A DNA stretch of 64,000 nt from Anthoceros angustus (Eukaryota > Plantae > Anthocerotophyta): assembly GCA_010909165.1 (NCBI GenBank), contig MU008154.1, positions 558,001 to 622,000 on the forward strand. Reading direction: 5' to 3'. The position numbers and the translations under genes were made by a program. Positions within the stretch are counted from its first letter, which is position 1. Each line of letters begins with the position of its first letter. This document shows, piece by piece, positions 1 through 11,126 of the stretch. Under the pieces are notes generated by a model, which saw only the letters and a program-made list of their open reading frames with translations, searched no databases and was not told where the DNA came from.

Positions 1-149
1 GATCCTTGCTTAAACCACGATGACCTCGTCGCTTTATTTTTGGATTGCACTCCACAGTGTGTGCCTCTCATCTCTGTTTAAGGTGAATGGTTCACATGGG
101 TTTTAGGCGTGGAAACCCCGCCTTCACCGCAAAATAACCAACCACGGTA

Positions 150-345
150 GAGACATACCCAGATTAGCATGCAGAGACATACCGACTAGATGAGCATGCA
201 GACATACACCGACTAGATTAGCATGCGAGACGCCCACTAGACTAGCATGCGAGACATACAGACTAGATTAGCATGCGAGACATACACTAGACTAGACTAG
301 CATGCAGAGACATACACCAGACTAGATTAGCATGCAGGCTTACAC
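150..345. repeat. Minisatellite, ~7 imperfect units of ~27-30 bp (agactagattagcatgcagagacatacac)
   Basis: Directly visible tandem units. Confidence 0.9.
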
Positions 346-611
346 ACAGAATGCAACAAAATCTGCAACCTACTCATGCAGAATCTACGACAGTTAGATG
401 GCAAGCAAGAATAGATGCCATGCACAACTTGAAGCGGGGCATAGGTGGAGGCGTCCCGATGTTAGCAACATCTGTCTCCTCAACTTCAGCAGTGGGAGCA
501 CTAGGTTTTGTGGCACCCTCCAATTTTGGAGCAGTCTGCGAAGACAAAGTGGAAATGGATTTACAGGTCTATGCTGCTAGATTCCTGAACTTGGGGTTGT
601 TGTCACAAAGT

Positions 612-905
612 GTTGCCATTGCGCAAAGTGTGGCCAAGAGGAGTTTGTTTGGCAAGAGCTTGCCTTCATGTCCTTCTCCTTCTGTGGCGCTTCTTCAAGT
701 TTTCCAACTTTTGTTTGCATTTCCTAGTCGTGAGGTTGTCCATGTTGTGTGTGATTTCTTGGGCAATTCGTGTCCAAAGGTCTTCGTCCCCAAATTCACT
801 GGCAGGTGCACAATCTGCATCTCCAAGTAAGCTTCAATGAGTGTTGTTGTGGCCTCTTCACTCCATGCAATGGATTTGGGTCATTTGCCTGCAGCTTTGA
901 GGAAA
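612..905 (-). pseudogene. Degenerate trihelix/Myb-SANT-like DNA-binding domain (GT-1-like, or Harbinger-type Myb ORF)
   Basis: Manual minus-strand translation across a stop and two frameshifts gives WSEEATTTLIEAY...DLWTRIAQEI...TRKCKQKLENLKKRH..KEK...SSWPHF, the trihelix pattern. Confidence 0.7.
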
Positions 906-1487
906 TCTTTGGCACTTCCAAGCATAACATCGTCGTCTGACTCCCCCTTGTTCTCTATGCTATGCCATAGCGTTTCTTCTCCACCAGTACCCGTGTAGAC
1001 ACGAATGGTTTCCTCCATGATGCAGTATTCCAAGAGTGACGGACGCCTTGGACGCTTGCACATTGGTGTTGCATAGATCCACACCCGATGTACGATCACG
1101 GTTTAGGGTTTTAGGTAATGGAGTTTAAGATCCCGAGGATATGTAACGGAACCAGCGCCTGCACCCGCCTTATTGTGGAGGCTATTTACAGGTATACGAC
1201 ACTACGGAGGGCGCAGTGAGAAGCTGAGTTGCAAGGAGAAAGAAACCTTAAAATAAGGTATCAGCGTTCTTTTCGGAAGTCACTGCGAACAGCGCAGTCA
1301 CTCTTGTCGGCTTCGATGTGAAAGCCGCATCAGCAACTACCAACGGCTTCCAGAATTTTGTGGTTGGGACATGAAAAGGTCTATGTACCACGTGCCAAAG
1401 ATGCCTCATCCCTCTGTCCTATACATTGCTCCCTCCGTCCTATACATAGCGTTTGTACATCGCCCTCCTCCGCATGGCCATGGACAC

Positions 1488-1585
1488 CCGCTGCTTGAAG
1501 AAAACCACAATACAAGAAAGGAGAGATTAACCCCATGCTGCCTGAAGAAAGCCACAATACAAGAAAGGAGAGACTAACCCCATTC
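1488..1585. repeat. Direct tandem duplication of ~50 bp
   Basis: gaagaaa(a/g)ccacaatacaagaaaggagaga(t/c)taaccc occurs twice in tandem. Confidence 0.85.
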
Positions 1586-2132
1586 TTGCGAGAGTGGTAA
1601 GCGTTGGTATGTACAGGCCTTGACAAACTGGAGAAACGGACAAACCTTTGCTTTATGAGCGGTGAGTCTCGATGGACTAAGGCGTGGCCATTTAGAATTT
1701 TAGAATTTTAAAAATTAATCAATTTTTGAAGTTTTTTTACATGAGGTTTAATTCTAAATTAATTTAAATCATGTACGTTGTAGATCCCAGTCATTATAGG
1801 GACAGCTACTATATGATATAGGCATGTGGCACTTTGAACAGCACCTCATCCCTGCAACAACTTGGCCTAAACGTACAAGCTCAATCGGGGATGATGTCAT
1901 GTCCACTGGTAAAACAAGCCTATGAACCCAGCGGCCAAGGTTTGTGGCAACCACAATCGTATACTACAATATCTCAGCGTTGGCAGCACTGGGCAAGTGA
2001 AACATCTAGGCTGTACTTGCAGGTCTGAATTGCTTGGTTCTGCTCTCAAATGCCCAAGAAAGTGTTGGGTTGCCGTGATTATCACTGATTATCACTTACT
2101 GCCTCTGGGATGACACTGTGCTGAGCTGTGGT

Positions 2133-4281
2133 TCAAACCGTGGCAATAAGTGCAGCTTCTTCCTCAATTGCGAGATCTGCGGTGGTCTCGATCGTCTTGT
2201 ACGTATATCTGCGGGCAAAGAATATGAAGAAAGACAGGTTGATGGCGCTCAATCCTGCCAGAAGCCAGTAGAAGTAGTCTAAATGGCATCTGTTCAGGTT
2301 GTTCACGATCCAGGGGACGTGGCTGCCTCTGCCTGTGACGCTATTAGTGACTGAGATGATAAAGCTGCTGAGGAAAGATCCGAACCCGGTGATGCTGAGG
2401 CAGAAGGCGGTGCCCAGGCTGCGCATATGGTCCGGGGCTTGGTCGTAGAAGAATTCCAGCTGACCTACGATGGTTAGGGAGTCCGCAATCCCTCCGACCA
2501 CATATTGCGGGACGAGCCAGAAGATGCTCATAGGGAGGAAGTCGTCAGGCTGATCCAGCATGTCATTCTCTGTTGCTACTCTGAGGCGTCTGATCTCTGT
2601 TGCCGCAGCGAGTACCATGGATATGATTGCCAGGAACATGCCGGCTCCCATGCGCTGGAGTTGCGAGAGTCCGCGGGGGTTGTTGGTGAACTTGCGGAAT
2701 ACCGGGATGAGGAATTTGCCATAGGTGAAGGTTGTGATCATGAGGGCAAGACAGTTGAAGAAGGTGAAGGAGGCAGCAGGGATGGTGAAGTTCGGGCCTA
2801 ACCGCCCATCCAGAGTGCTAGCCTGTCGGGTGAAGAAGGTGAGAGTTTGGGCATACACTGTCTGGAATAACAAGTTGGTTGCCCAGATTGGAATCATTCT
2901 CACGAACAGTTTGATCTCCTCTACCTGGGTCAGGGTGCTGAGCCGCCAGCTACTGACAGTCTCATCCTTGTTGTCTGACCTAGTGGTGGCATCAGGTTCG
3001 ACGGCTGCCTTGTCAAGGTATCTGCAACACAAAAGAGCAATGTGATCAGGTTGTGCTCAGGGTGTGAGCAACGATGCACACTGCTGACAGTATCCACAGA
3101 CATCTGAGGCTGGGAGGGTGACGAAATGATCCTGACCTCAAGGAGTCTGTGTGCCGCAGTTTTCTTCTGCCAGACTTGACATAACTTTGTGTTGACTCCT
3201 CGTGCAGCAAGTACACGTTGGATGGAACTGGAACTCTCCACTTGGATATGGCAGCAACGATGACCTGGGCAAACTGGGTGAGAGGACTTCCTTGTGGCAA
3301 CTTGTGTCTGTAGATGGGAGTGCCTGCCAGGAATGATAGTATAGCAAGTCCCATGCCTGCTGTTACCAGGCCATAGCCCCAGCCCCAGCCAACGTTGTCC
3401 TGGATGTACACAACAACAGTTACAGAGAATAGAACACCAGCTCCTATGCCGCAGTACCACAAGTGGAAGAAGGAGTACTTCTTTGCCTTCTCTTCCTCAT
3501 GCTCTTCGTCGAACTGGTCTGCCCCAAGTGAGCAGACACAGGGCTTGATCCCTCCTGTTCCTATGGTAATCATGTACAGGGAGAAGTAGAAGACTGCAAA
3601 TTGCCACGTTGAAGCTCGTGGACAGGGAGAAGATAAGTGAGCACATTGAGGAGGCTTCAGAGATGGCAGTGACACGGCGACGGTCAACAAGATGCCCCCC
3701 TGAAACAGATTCAAGCCATGGTCAGGGCACTGGACCTTTCACCACGGACAAAAGAATGCAGATTTTAAGACGTGCAAAGACGTGATTTTCACCAGTAAGT
3801 GAGCGATCGAGCCGGCGATGATAGTCCAGTAACGGCCCCAGTAGGTATCGGCGATGAACCCCCCCAGGAGGGGAGTGAAGAAGACAACCCCACTCCAGTA
3901 ATTCACATGTTTGGCGGACTCATCAAGCCCCTCATGCAGCTCTTCCGCCAGGTATGTAACCAAGTTCGAGGCAAACCCGTAGAATGCAATGCGTTCTGCT
4001 ACTTCCATACCTGTCAAACAGAAGCTCCTGTCAATCTGTGCTCTCGAGGTTCAAGCTTACAAAAAAAACTACTGGCCATGCATCTCAGCAGCAAAGCATG
4101 GTGTGTGCCAAAACTTACTGAAGAGGGGAAAGCATGCCTTCCATCCTCCTGTAGTCAATCTGCTTACAGGTCTACCATGGAGATCCACTGACCCATCTGC
4201 TACCACCTCATCATACTCACACTGGAGCAACCTCTCCTTCAAGCTGCCCTCTTCTCCATGCGTGGCCTCATCCCGAGTCAT
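2133..4281 (-). CDS. NPF: NRT1/PTR family (NPF) proton-coupled transporter, paralog A, ~610 aa; exons 4281-4119, 4010-3793, 3699-3137, 3021-2133
   Basis: Motifs GGWKAC, ExxER (MEVAERIAFYG), ADTYWGRY, GTGGIKPC..LGADQFD, EEIKLFVRMIPIW, LEFFYDQAPDHMRS, HLDYFYWLLA. GT-AG introns give an open 1833-nt frame; 218-nt exon 2. Confidence 0.95.
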
Positions 4282-4758
4282 CGTTTTGAGAAAGTGAGGA
4301 AAGAATCACTTCTCAAACCAGTCACTGCCCACCCCCTCACAGCCAGTCTTCACCTATCCAAAATTTCATCTCCCCTCACGGAAGGCTGGCTGCAGCAGCC
4401 CTCCTGCCCAACCAACATAGCTTTGATGAGCTCCTGCACTAGGTCCACAAGAATGAGCAGACAGACCCGCTGGTTCTTCAGCCTCATAGCTTCCTCAAGA
4501 GGCAGCAGAGTGGCATCTTAGATTCCCAAGCCCCATGGCACCCGTTAATATTCTGCGCAATTGGCTGTCCTGCCATGCCAGCAGGCAGAGGCAGAAGCTT
4601 GACACTAGTCGCTCGTACTTGCACCCAGCATATAACGTGGGAACCAATGGGTTTACCGACAGATCACCCTCCTCTAACACCTCATAAAGTCCGTTCAGTT
4701 GGGCCCGGAAATCATGTCCTACCAGATTTCGACACCTATCTCCCACGACTCACGACCC

Positions 4759-6851
4759 TCATAAGTGGAGGCCATTAGCGTCATTAACATCATAAGCAGC
4801 ACTAGCGTCATCTTGTACTCGCGTTACAGTTTTCTTGTATCTGTAAAACCAAGCCAGGAGAAGGAAGATGAGGAAATCGGCACTGCAAAGGGCAGCCAGG
4901 AGCCAGAAGAATTTATCGAGACGTGAGTCGTTAACGCCGAGCCCGATCCACCGTTGGTGACCGGCTCGGCCGGTCACCCGGTTGGTGAGCGTGATGAGGC
5001 CTGAGGCCAGGAACATGCCCACCCCGATGCTGCTGGAGCAGAAAGCGGCGCCCACGCTCCGCATGTGGTCGGGCGCCTGGCCGTAGAAGAACTCCATCTC
5101 GCCGACCGATCCGAGCCCCTCCGCGACCCCGACCAGCACGTACTGGGGGACCAGCCAGAAAACGGAAATGGGCGACAAAACGGAGCGCCGTTTCCGTTCC
5201 ACCACGGCCGCGCAGGCCAGGCACAGAACGGAGACCACCATCCCGACCCCGATCCGTTGCAGCGACGTGAGGCCCCGGGGGTTCCCGGTCACCCGCCGCG
5301 CGACCGGCACCACCGACCGGTCGTAGAGCGCGCAGGTCGCGAACACCGCGACCGAGACGAAGATGTTGGTGTTGGCGGGCTGCAGGGAGAAGTTCTTCCA
5401 CACGCGACGATCCATGGCGCTGGCCTGCTTGGTGAAGAGCGACAGAGCCTGCCCGATGCTGGCCTGGAAGATGAGCTGGGCCAGCCATATGGGCACCATC
5501 CCCACGAAGAGCTTCACCTCCTCGACCTCCGAGACAGTCGCCAGGGTCCATGGCCCGGCGGGCCTGCTGGGATCCACGGCCGCGGCCTTGTCCAGGAACC
5601 TGCATTCAGATGCTCCAGCTCGGTCAGCAGGGTGCAGGTTGCAGGGTGCAGGATCACATCTTTGTTGAGAATGGTTTGTGCAGTGGTCTCGAAGGAATTG
5701 AAAGAGCTTGCAGGACTGCGGGAGGATCACGTGCCTGAAGGATTGGCTGTGGGGGATGCGGCGTCGGCCGGGGATGGGGTCCGGGAGCTCGTGGAGGAGG
5801 GTCTTGTCGGATGGCACCTGGACGTGGAGCTTGGAGAGGGCGGCGATGAGGACTCGGGCGACCTGGGTGACCGGGCTGCCGGTGGGCGGCTGGTGGCGGT
5901 AGAAGACGCTCCCGCTGAGGTAGAAGGCCGTGGCCACCGCTAGGCCTGCGGCGGGGATGCCGAAGCCCCAGGCCCAGTTCACCTTCTCCTGGATGTAGAC
6001 GATGACGGTGACGGAGAAGATGGCACCCGTGGCGATGGCCGTGTACCAGAAGTTGAAGAAGGATCGCTTCTGGTGAGCCTCTTGCTTGTCCTCCTCGTCG
6101 AACTGGTCCGCGCCGAGGCTCGAGATGTTGGGTCGCATCCCGCCTGAGCCGATCGCGACGATGTAGAGGGCGGCGTAGAAGATGGCCATTTGCGCGGACG
6201 ACGCCTTGGCGCAGGGGTCTTGGAAGGGGTTCGCGCACGGGGGTGGCTTCAGCCCGTCCAGGGACGCTGTGAGCGTTAGCAGGACGTAGCCCTGCCATGG
6301 ACAGATGTTCAGAACAAGGCTTCAGCGGAAAATGAGCGAGGAGTTCAGATGCCCACCGTCAAGTAGAAAACGAGGAAGAGGTTGACGGTGGCGAATCGGC
6401 CCAAGTAGGCGTCTGCGACGAAGGCTCCGATGAAGGAAGTGATGTACACAGTTCCCGCCCAGTTGTTCACATTCTGGGCGGCAGCGTTCAGGCTTTGGTG
6501 CAGCACTTCTGTGAGGTACATCACCAGATTTGCGGCAATGCCATAGAATGCCATCCTCTCCATCACTTCGTATGCTGTGGGTCATCAGAACACGTTCAAT
6601 ACATCACTGTATGCTCAGCTCGCATTGACCACTCGAAGCATGTAATATTATGCCAGACGATGCAATGCAGCTACCAACAGTGCACTCCTTGTCCAGAATT
6701 CATGGAATACTATGTTACCGAAGATAATCAAGCAGGCTTTCCAGCCTCCCGTCCTGGACTTGATGGCAGGCTTGCCATGGAGATCCAATGTCCCATCGCT
6801 GGTGGTCCCGTTGTCGGAAGCCTCCTCGTCGAAATTCTCCGGGATGGTCAT
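4759..6851 (-). CDS. NPF: NPF transporter, paralog B, ~582 aa; exons 6851-6719, 6574-6357, 6291-5735, 5599-4759; intron 3 is GC-AG
   Basis: Same motifs (YEVMERMAFYG, ADAYLGRF, LGADQFD, MEFFYGQAPDHMRS) and same intron positions as A and C; spliced frame 1749 nt, open. Confidence 0.93.
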
Positions 6852-7545
6852 TTTTGGCGTGCTTCAAACGAGGAGCCTTCCTCCACACTCACCAGCTCCG
6901 GATCCGAGCACAGCTTCCCTGGGCTGGCCAACGGGCCAAATGAAGGGAGATCATGGCACTCGAGCAAGCGAAGAAGGTGGGCAGGCGAGAAACCGGTGGT
7001 CCATCATGATCGTACCCCATTTCGATCAATTGCCATTTTCAAAGGCCTGAACCGCACATTGCAAGCACAAAGAGAGCTGGTGGCCCAACACAGCAACTAC
7101 CCCGTTTCGGACTCTGTAGCTTGACTAATACTTATTTCCAAGCGCTATGTTTCCTCTTTCACACGAGAAAACGCAGATAGCATGAAGACACATGTATGAC
7201 TCCTTGACAGCGTTTGCTGTTTTGATGCTTGGTGCGAGACTTGTTTTCGGTATGCTGTGCAGTACGGTCCTCGGGACCATGGCCCTAGCTGGATATGTGA
7301 AGTGTGGTCTCGGTCGGCTCCCTACGAACTCGCTCTCGTGTTTTAGAATCAGGACTTGAGAAGTGGGTGAAGTGGGGCGGCCAGTCCTGCTCGGATCCGG
7401 ATCTGGGCATTTTACTCCTATCTGCAACACTATGACCTAAAAAGGTGCCAGGCCAGCGCTGATGCTTGCCTTTTCAAGCGGCTATGAGACGACAGACAAT
7501 GTGACCTCGCTTTTACATGACAAGGTAGTTGAAACGTTTTGTGCA

Positions 7546-7930
7546 AGAAGAAGAAGAAGAATTTTATTTAAGTCCACTAAGGACGGATTTCCGTCATGGG
7601 ACTTGGTACTTAACAACTTGTACCATGGTGTGCCTAAGCTACTTGCACCAAGGCATCCACTCCCTTTAGGCACCCCATCTAAGTACCGATCTAAGCGCAG
7701 GATGCTTAATCAAGCTGTTCTTATAAAAATGTGTCCATTTGGCAAGGATTGATCGACTCAGTGTACAATTGACCCCTACCAATGGCAAAAATCCAGTCCA
7801 CAACTGAACAAAAATGGTGCTGCGGGTCGTCCTCCAGCACAGTGCACAAAAGGATCGAAACCTTCCAATCTCATGATTCATCGGTGTCTAATTTAGTCTG
7901 GGTCTGTTCCAGTTTGGTAAGCAAACCTCA
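7546..7930 (-). mobile_element. Degenerate 3' fragment of a non-LTR retrotransposon (LINE) with a (TTC)n tail
   Basis: Minus strand ends in a stem-loop, AATAAA and (TTC)n. The 3' terminus matches the LINE at 57861-58585. Remnants of the C-terminal zinc-finger region (HEIGRF..FCALC..EDDPQHHF). Confidence 0.65.
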
Positions 7931-8183
7931 AATCAGTAAGCTTAGTCGACCTCTTCAATACAGATAGATGCTTGTGTCCCACAAGCTGCCTGTGGGAGAC
8001 AAGCACGACCAACTTGTCAAGTTGGTCAGAAAATGAGGTTACATTCAGGCGGGAAATACATAACAAGTTCTACTGGTACATACATGGGGGACTTGGAGCA
8101 CGACCTGAAGTTCATGGAGACATTGCTACCGCCTTTCGGGCATCTTCCTTCATCCAAGGCTGGAGACCGAAGGCACGAATGAG

Positions 8184-10354
8184 TTATGGCAGAATTGGCT
8201 TGAGCTCGACGGCTTCTACGGTTTCTTTGACTTCATCCTTGTCCAGAGGACTCTCCACCTTCTTGTACCTGTACCTGTGTGCGACGAACAAGAAGAGAAG
8301 GAAGTCCACTGCGGTGATGGTGGCGATAAGCCAGTAGTAGCTCTGCACTCTCGACCTGTTGAGGTTGTTGTTGAGAATCCAAGGCTGCCGCCCACCCCGA
8401 CCTGTGTACTTGTTGGTGGCCTTCAGCAATGCGGTGCTCAGGTAGCTGCCCACACCCAGAATGCTTAGGTACGCAGCACTCCCGAGACTTTTCATGTGGT
8501 CCGGGGCCTGGTCGTAAAAGAACTCCATCTGGGCGACGATGCAGAATGCATCGGCCACTCCCACTATGAAGTACTGCGGCAGCAACCAGAAGATGCTGAG
8601 GGGAACTGTCGTGAAGGGATGGTCCAGCAGGCCATGATCCTCGGCTGCCTTGTGCCGTTTGCCTTCCACCAAGGCTGCCACTATCATGGCCACCATAGCT
8701 ATGAAGATCCCTATCCCCATCCTAGTGAGCAGGGTGATGCCCCTGGGGTTTCCAGTGAACCTGCGCATCACAGGCACCAGCACCCGGTCATACAGTGGCA
8801 CTACAGTGATGATGGCTATGGCGGAGAAGAGCTGGAAGGATGCCGGAGGGATCTTGAAGGAGCCCAGCTTCGTGTCCATGCTAGCTCCCTGCTTGGTGAA
8901 GAACGTGGTGGTTTGGGTCAGGACTGTCTGGAACATCAGGTTGGTTGCCCAGATGGGGAACATGCCCACGAAGAGCTTGCACTCCTCCACTTCCGTGACC
9001 GTGCAGAGCTTCCATGGGCTCACCTTGCCGGTGTGGGCATTGCCATCGATAGCTGCTGCCCTGTCCAAAAACCTGATCAAACACCAAACGCAAGAAACAC
9101 ATTGTTCTGGTTAGCATCGGCAAGCTAAGGACTTGTGAAGAGAGAACACTGCTCTTCCGTGCAACATGAGCTTATCAGTATAAACCTGAAGCTCTCGGAG
9201 TGAAGCAGCTGCCGCCTGCCTGGATTTGAAGACTTCCTTTCCGGAGTCTCGTACAGCACAATGGTGTTTCGAACCTTCCAGTTCCTCAAGGAGGCTACTA
9301 TGACCCGAGCAAACTGTGTGAGAGGGCTGCCAGAAGGCGGCTTGTGGCGGTAATACGGAGTGCCCACAAAGAAGACCGTCAGAGAAGCAACCAGCAGGAC
9401 AGCAGGAACCCCGAATCCCCATCCCCAGCCCACGTCGTCCTCAATGTAGACGAGGATGGTGGTGGAGAAGACGACCCCGATTCCCACCGCCATGTACCAC
9501 CAGTTGAAGAAGGATTTCTTCTTGGCATTCTCCTTGGGATCCTCCTCATCGAACTGGTCCGCTCCCAGAGTCACCACACACGGCTTGATTCCCCCCGTCC
9601 CAAGCGACAGCACGTAGAGGGCTGCGTAGAAGAATCGAAGCTGCCCTGAAGATGCCACAATGCAGTTAGGGGGCGCCGCGCAGGCTGGCGGTCGGAGAGA
9701 ATGCACGGACGCAGCCACTGTCAGCATCACAGAGCCCTGCCATTCGACAAGCACGGATGAGGAAAAAGGACAACACCCTTGTGCAAGGACAGGGAATATC
9801 GTGCAAGCAGGAAAGACGACAGCGGCAGCATCAGCTTGGGGAGAAAATGACCGCAACATAGAAGACGGAGAAGACTGTGATCGTCCAGTACCGCCCCAGT
9901 AGGGCATCGGCAACAAAGGCTCCCAGGATGGGAGTCAGAAACACAGTTCCCGACCAGTTGTTCACATTGGAGATTGCTGTGGGAGTTGATTGGTGCAGCA
10001 CCCCCGTCAAATAGGTGACCAGATTCACCACCACCCCGAAGGATGCCACCCTCTCTGCTACCTCGTTTCCTGCATCATGCATTCAAACCCACAACCATTA
10101 CCACAACAACTCCTGCCTTGCTTGATTATTCCCTTGCTTGCTTGCTTTCATTTCGAGACCATGGAAGGCTACAAACCGAAGATGAAGGAGCAGGCCTTCC
10201 ATCCTCCAGTCTTGTCCCTCTTCACCGGCTTCCCGAACAGGCTGACGGTGCCATCACATGTGACGGTCCGGTACTTGGGCCCCTCCCCGTTCCCCACATG
10301 CAGCTCTTCCGGGTCCCTGCCCACTCTCAGCACCTGCTCTCCTGCGGTTTCCAT
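8184..10354 (-). CDS. NPF: NPF transporter, paralog C, ~611 aa; exons 10354-10177, 10069-9852, 9736-9186, 9072-8184
   Basis: GGWKACSFIFGNEVAER, ADALLGRY, GTGGIKPC..LGADQFD, MEFFYDQAPDHMKS; GT-AG introns; spliced frame 1836 nt, open. Confidence 0.95.
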
Positions 10355-11126
10355 TGCTCAAGTAATCTTCAAAGCTTCAGGCCTGCCTTCCACACATCTC
10401 ATCCCCAATTCTTCGGGCCAAGCCTTGCGGCTCAGTACATGGGGATGCCAGCACGTGCTTCCTCATTATCGCAGAGTGCAAAAAGCAACCCAACAGAAAG
10501 CAGAAAGCAGCCCATCACAAAATCAGAAGGCGGATCCCGTTACACATCCATCAGCTATCAGCAAAGCGTCAGAGGTGGAGTCAGGACGGCAAATGACAGG
10601 TCTTCGAGCCAGAAGTATCTAGCTGCCCAGTGACAGCCAACGAGCCAATAGTGCCTCATGGCGCGTGACTTGCGATGCTGTCAAACGTAATGCATTGCGA
10701 TTTGCCGGCCCTGTCACTAGATTCGTCGGCATCCCAGGCAGGAAGGGCGAGTCTTCGAGGCTGGCACACAGACAGAGGATGATGGTGGTGGGCATGCATG
10801 AAGCCTAATGCGTACGAGGACCTGCTACTGTGACTCCAGTGAGGACGCAGTCCCAGATGACTGCAATGCAAATTATTCAATGCATCTTCCCGATTCCCAA
10901 GCTCCAACCCAGAGTTTACGGGCACGAGATGTTGCTTCTGGCCAGGACTACCGTTTACACCATATGTCACTGCACATCATCACTGGGCGGCATTTGCTGC
11001 TCACAGCATTTGCCGCCCACAGCGTTGTACAATAATGAGAGCATCTTGACGACTTTTATAACTCCATCGTGCGTGAGGAACAGCGTGTTTCTGCTTCCAT
11101 CACAGACTTCATTATCATCATCCATG

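Noticed and set aside
5065-5943. 292-aa plus-strand ORF and other long ORFs overlapping the NPF genes
   Set aside because: Antisense or alternative-frame shadows of GC3-rich coding sequence; no motifs.
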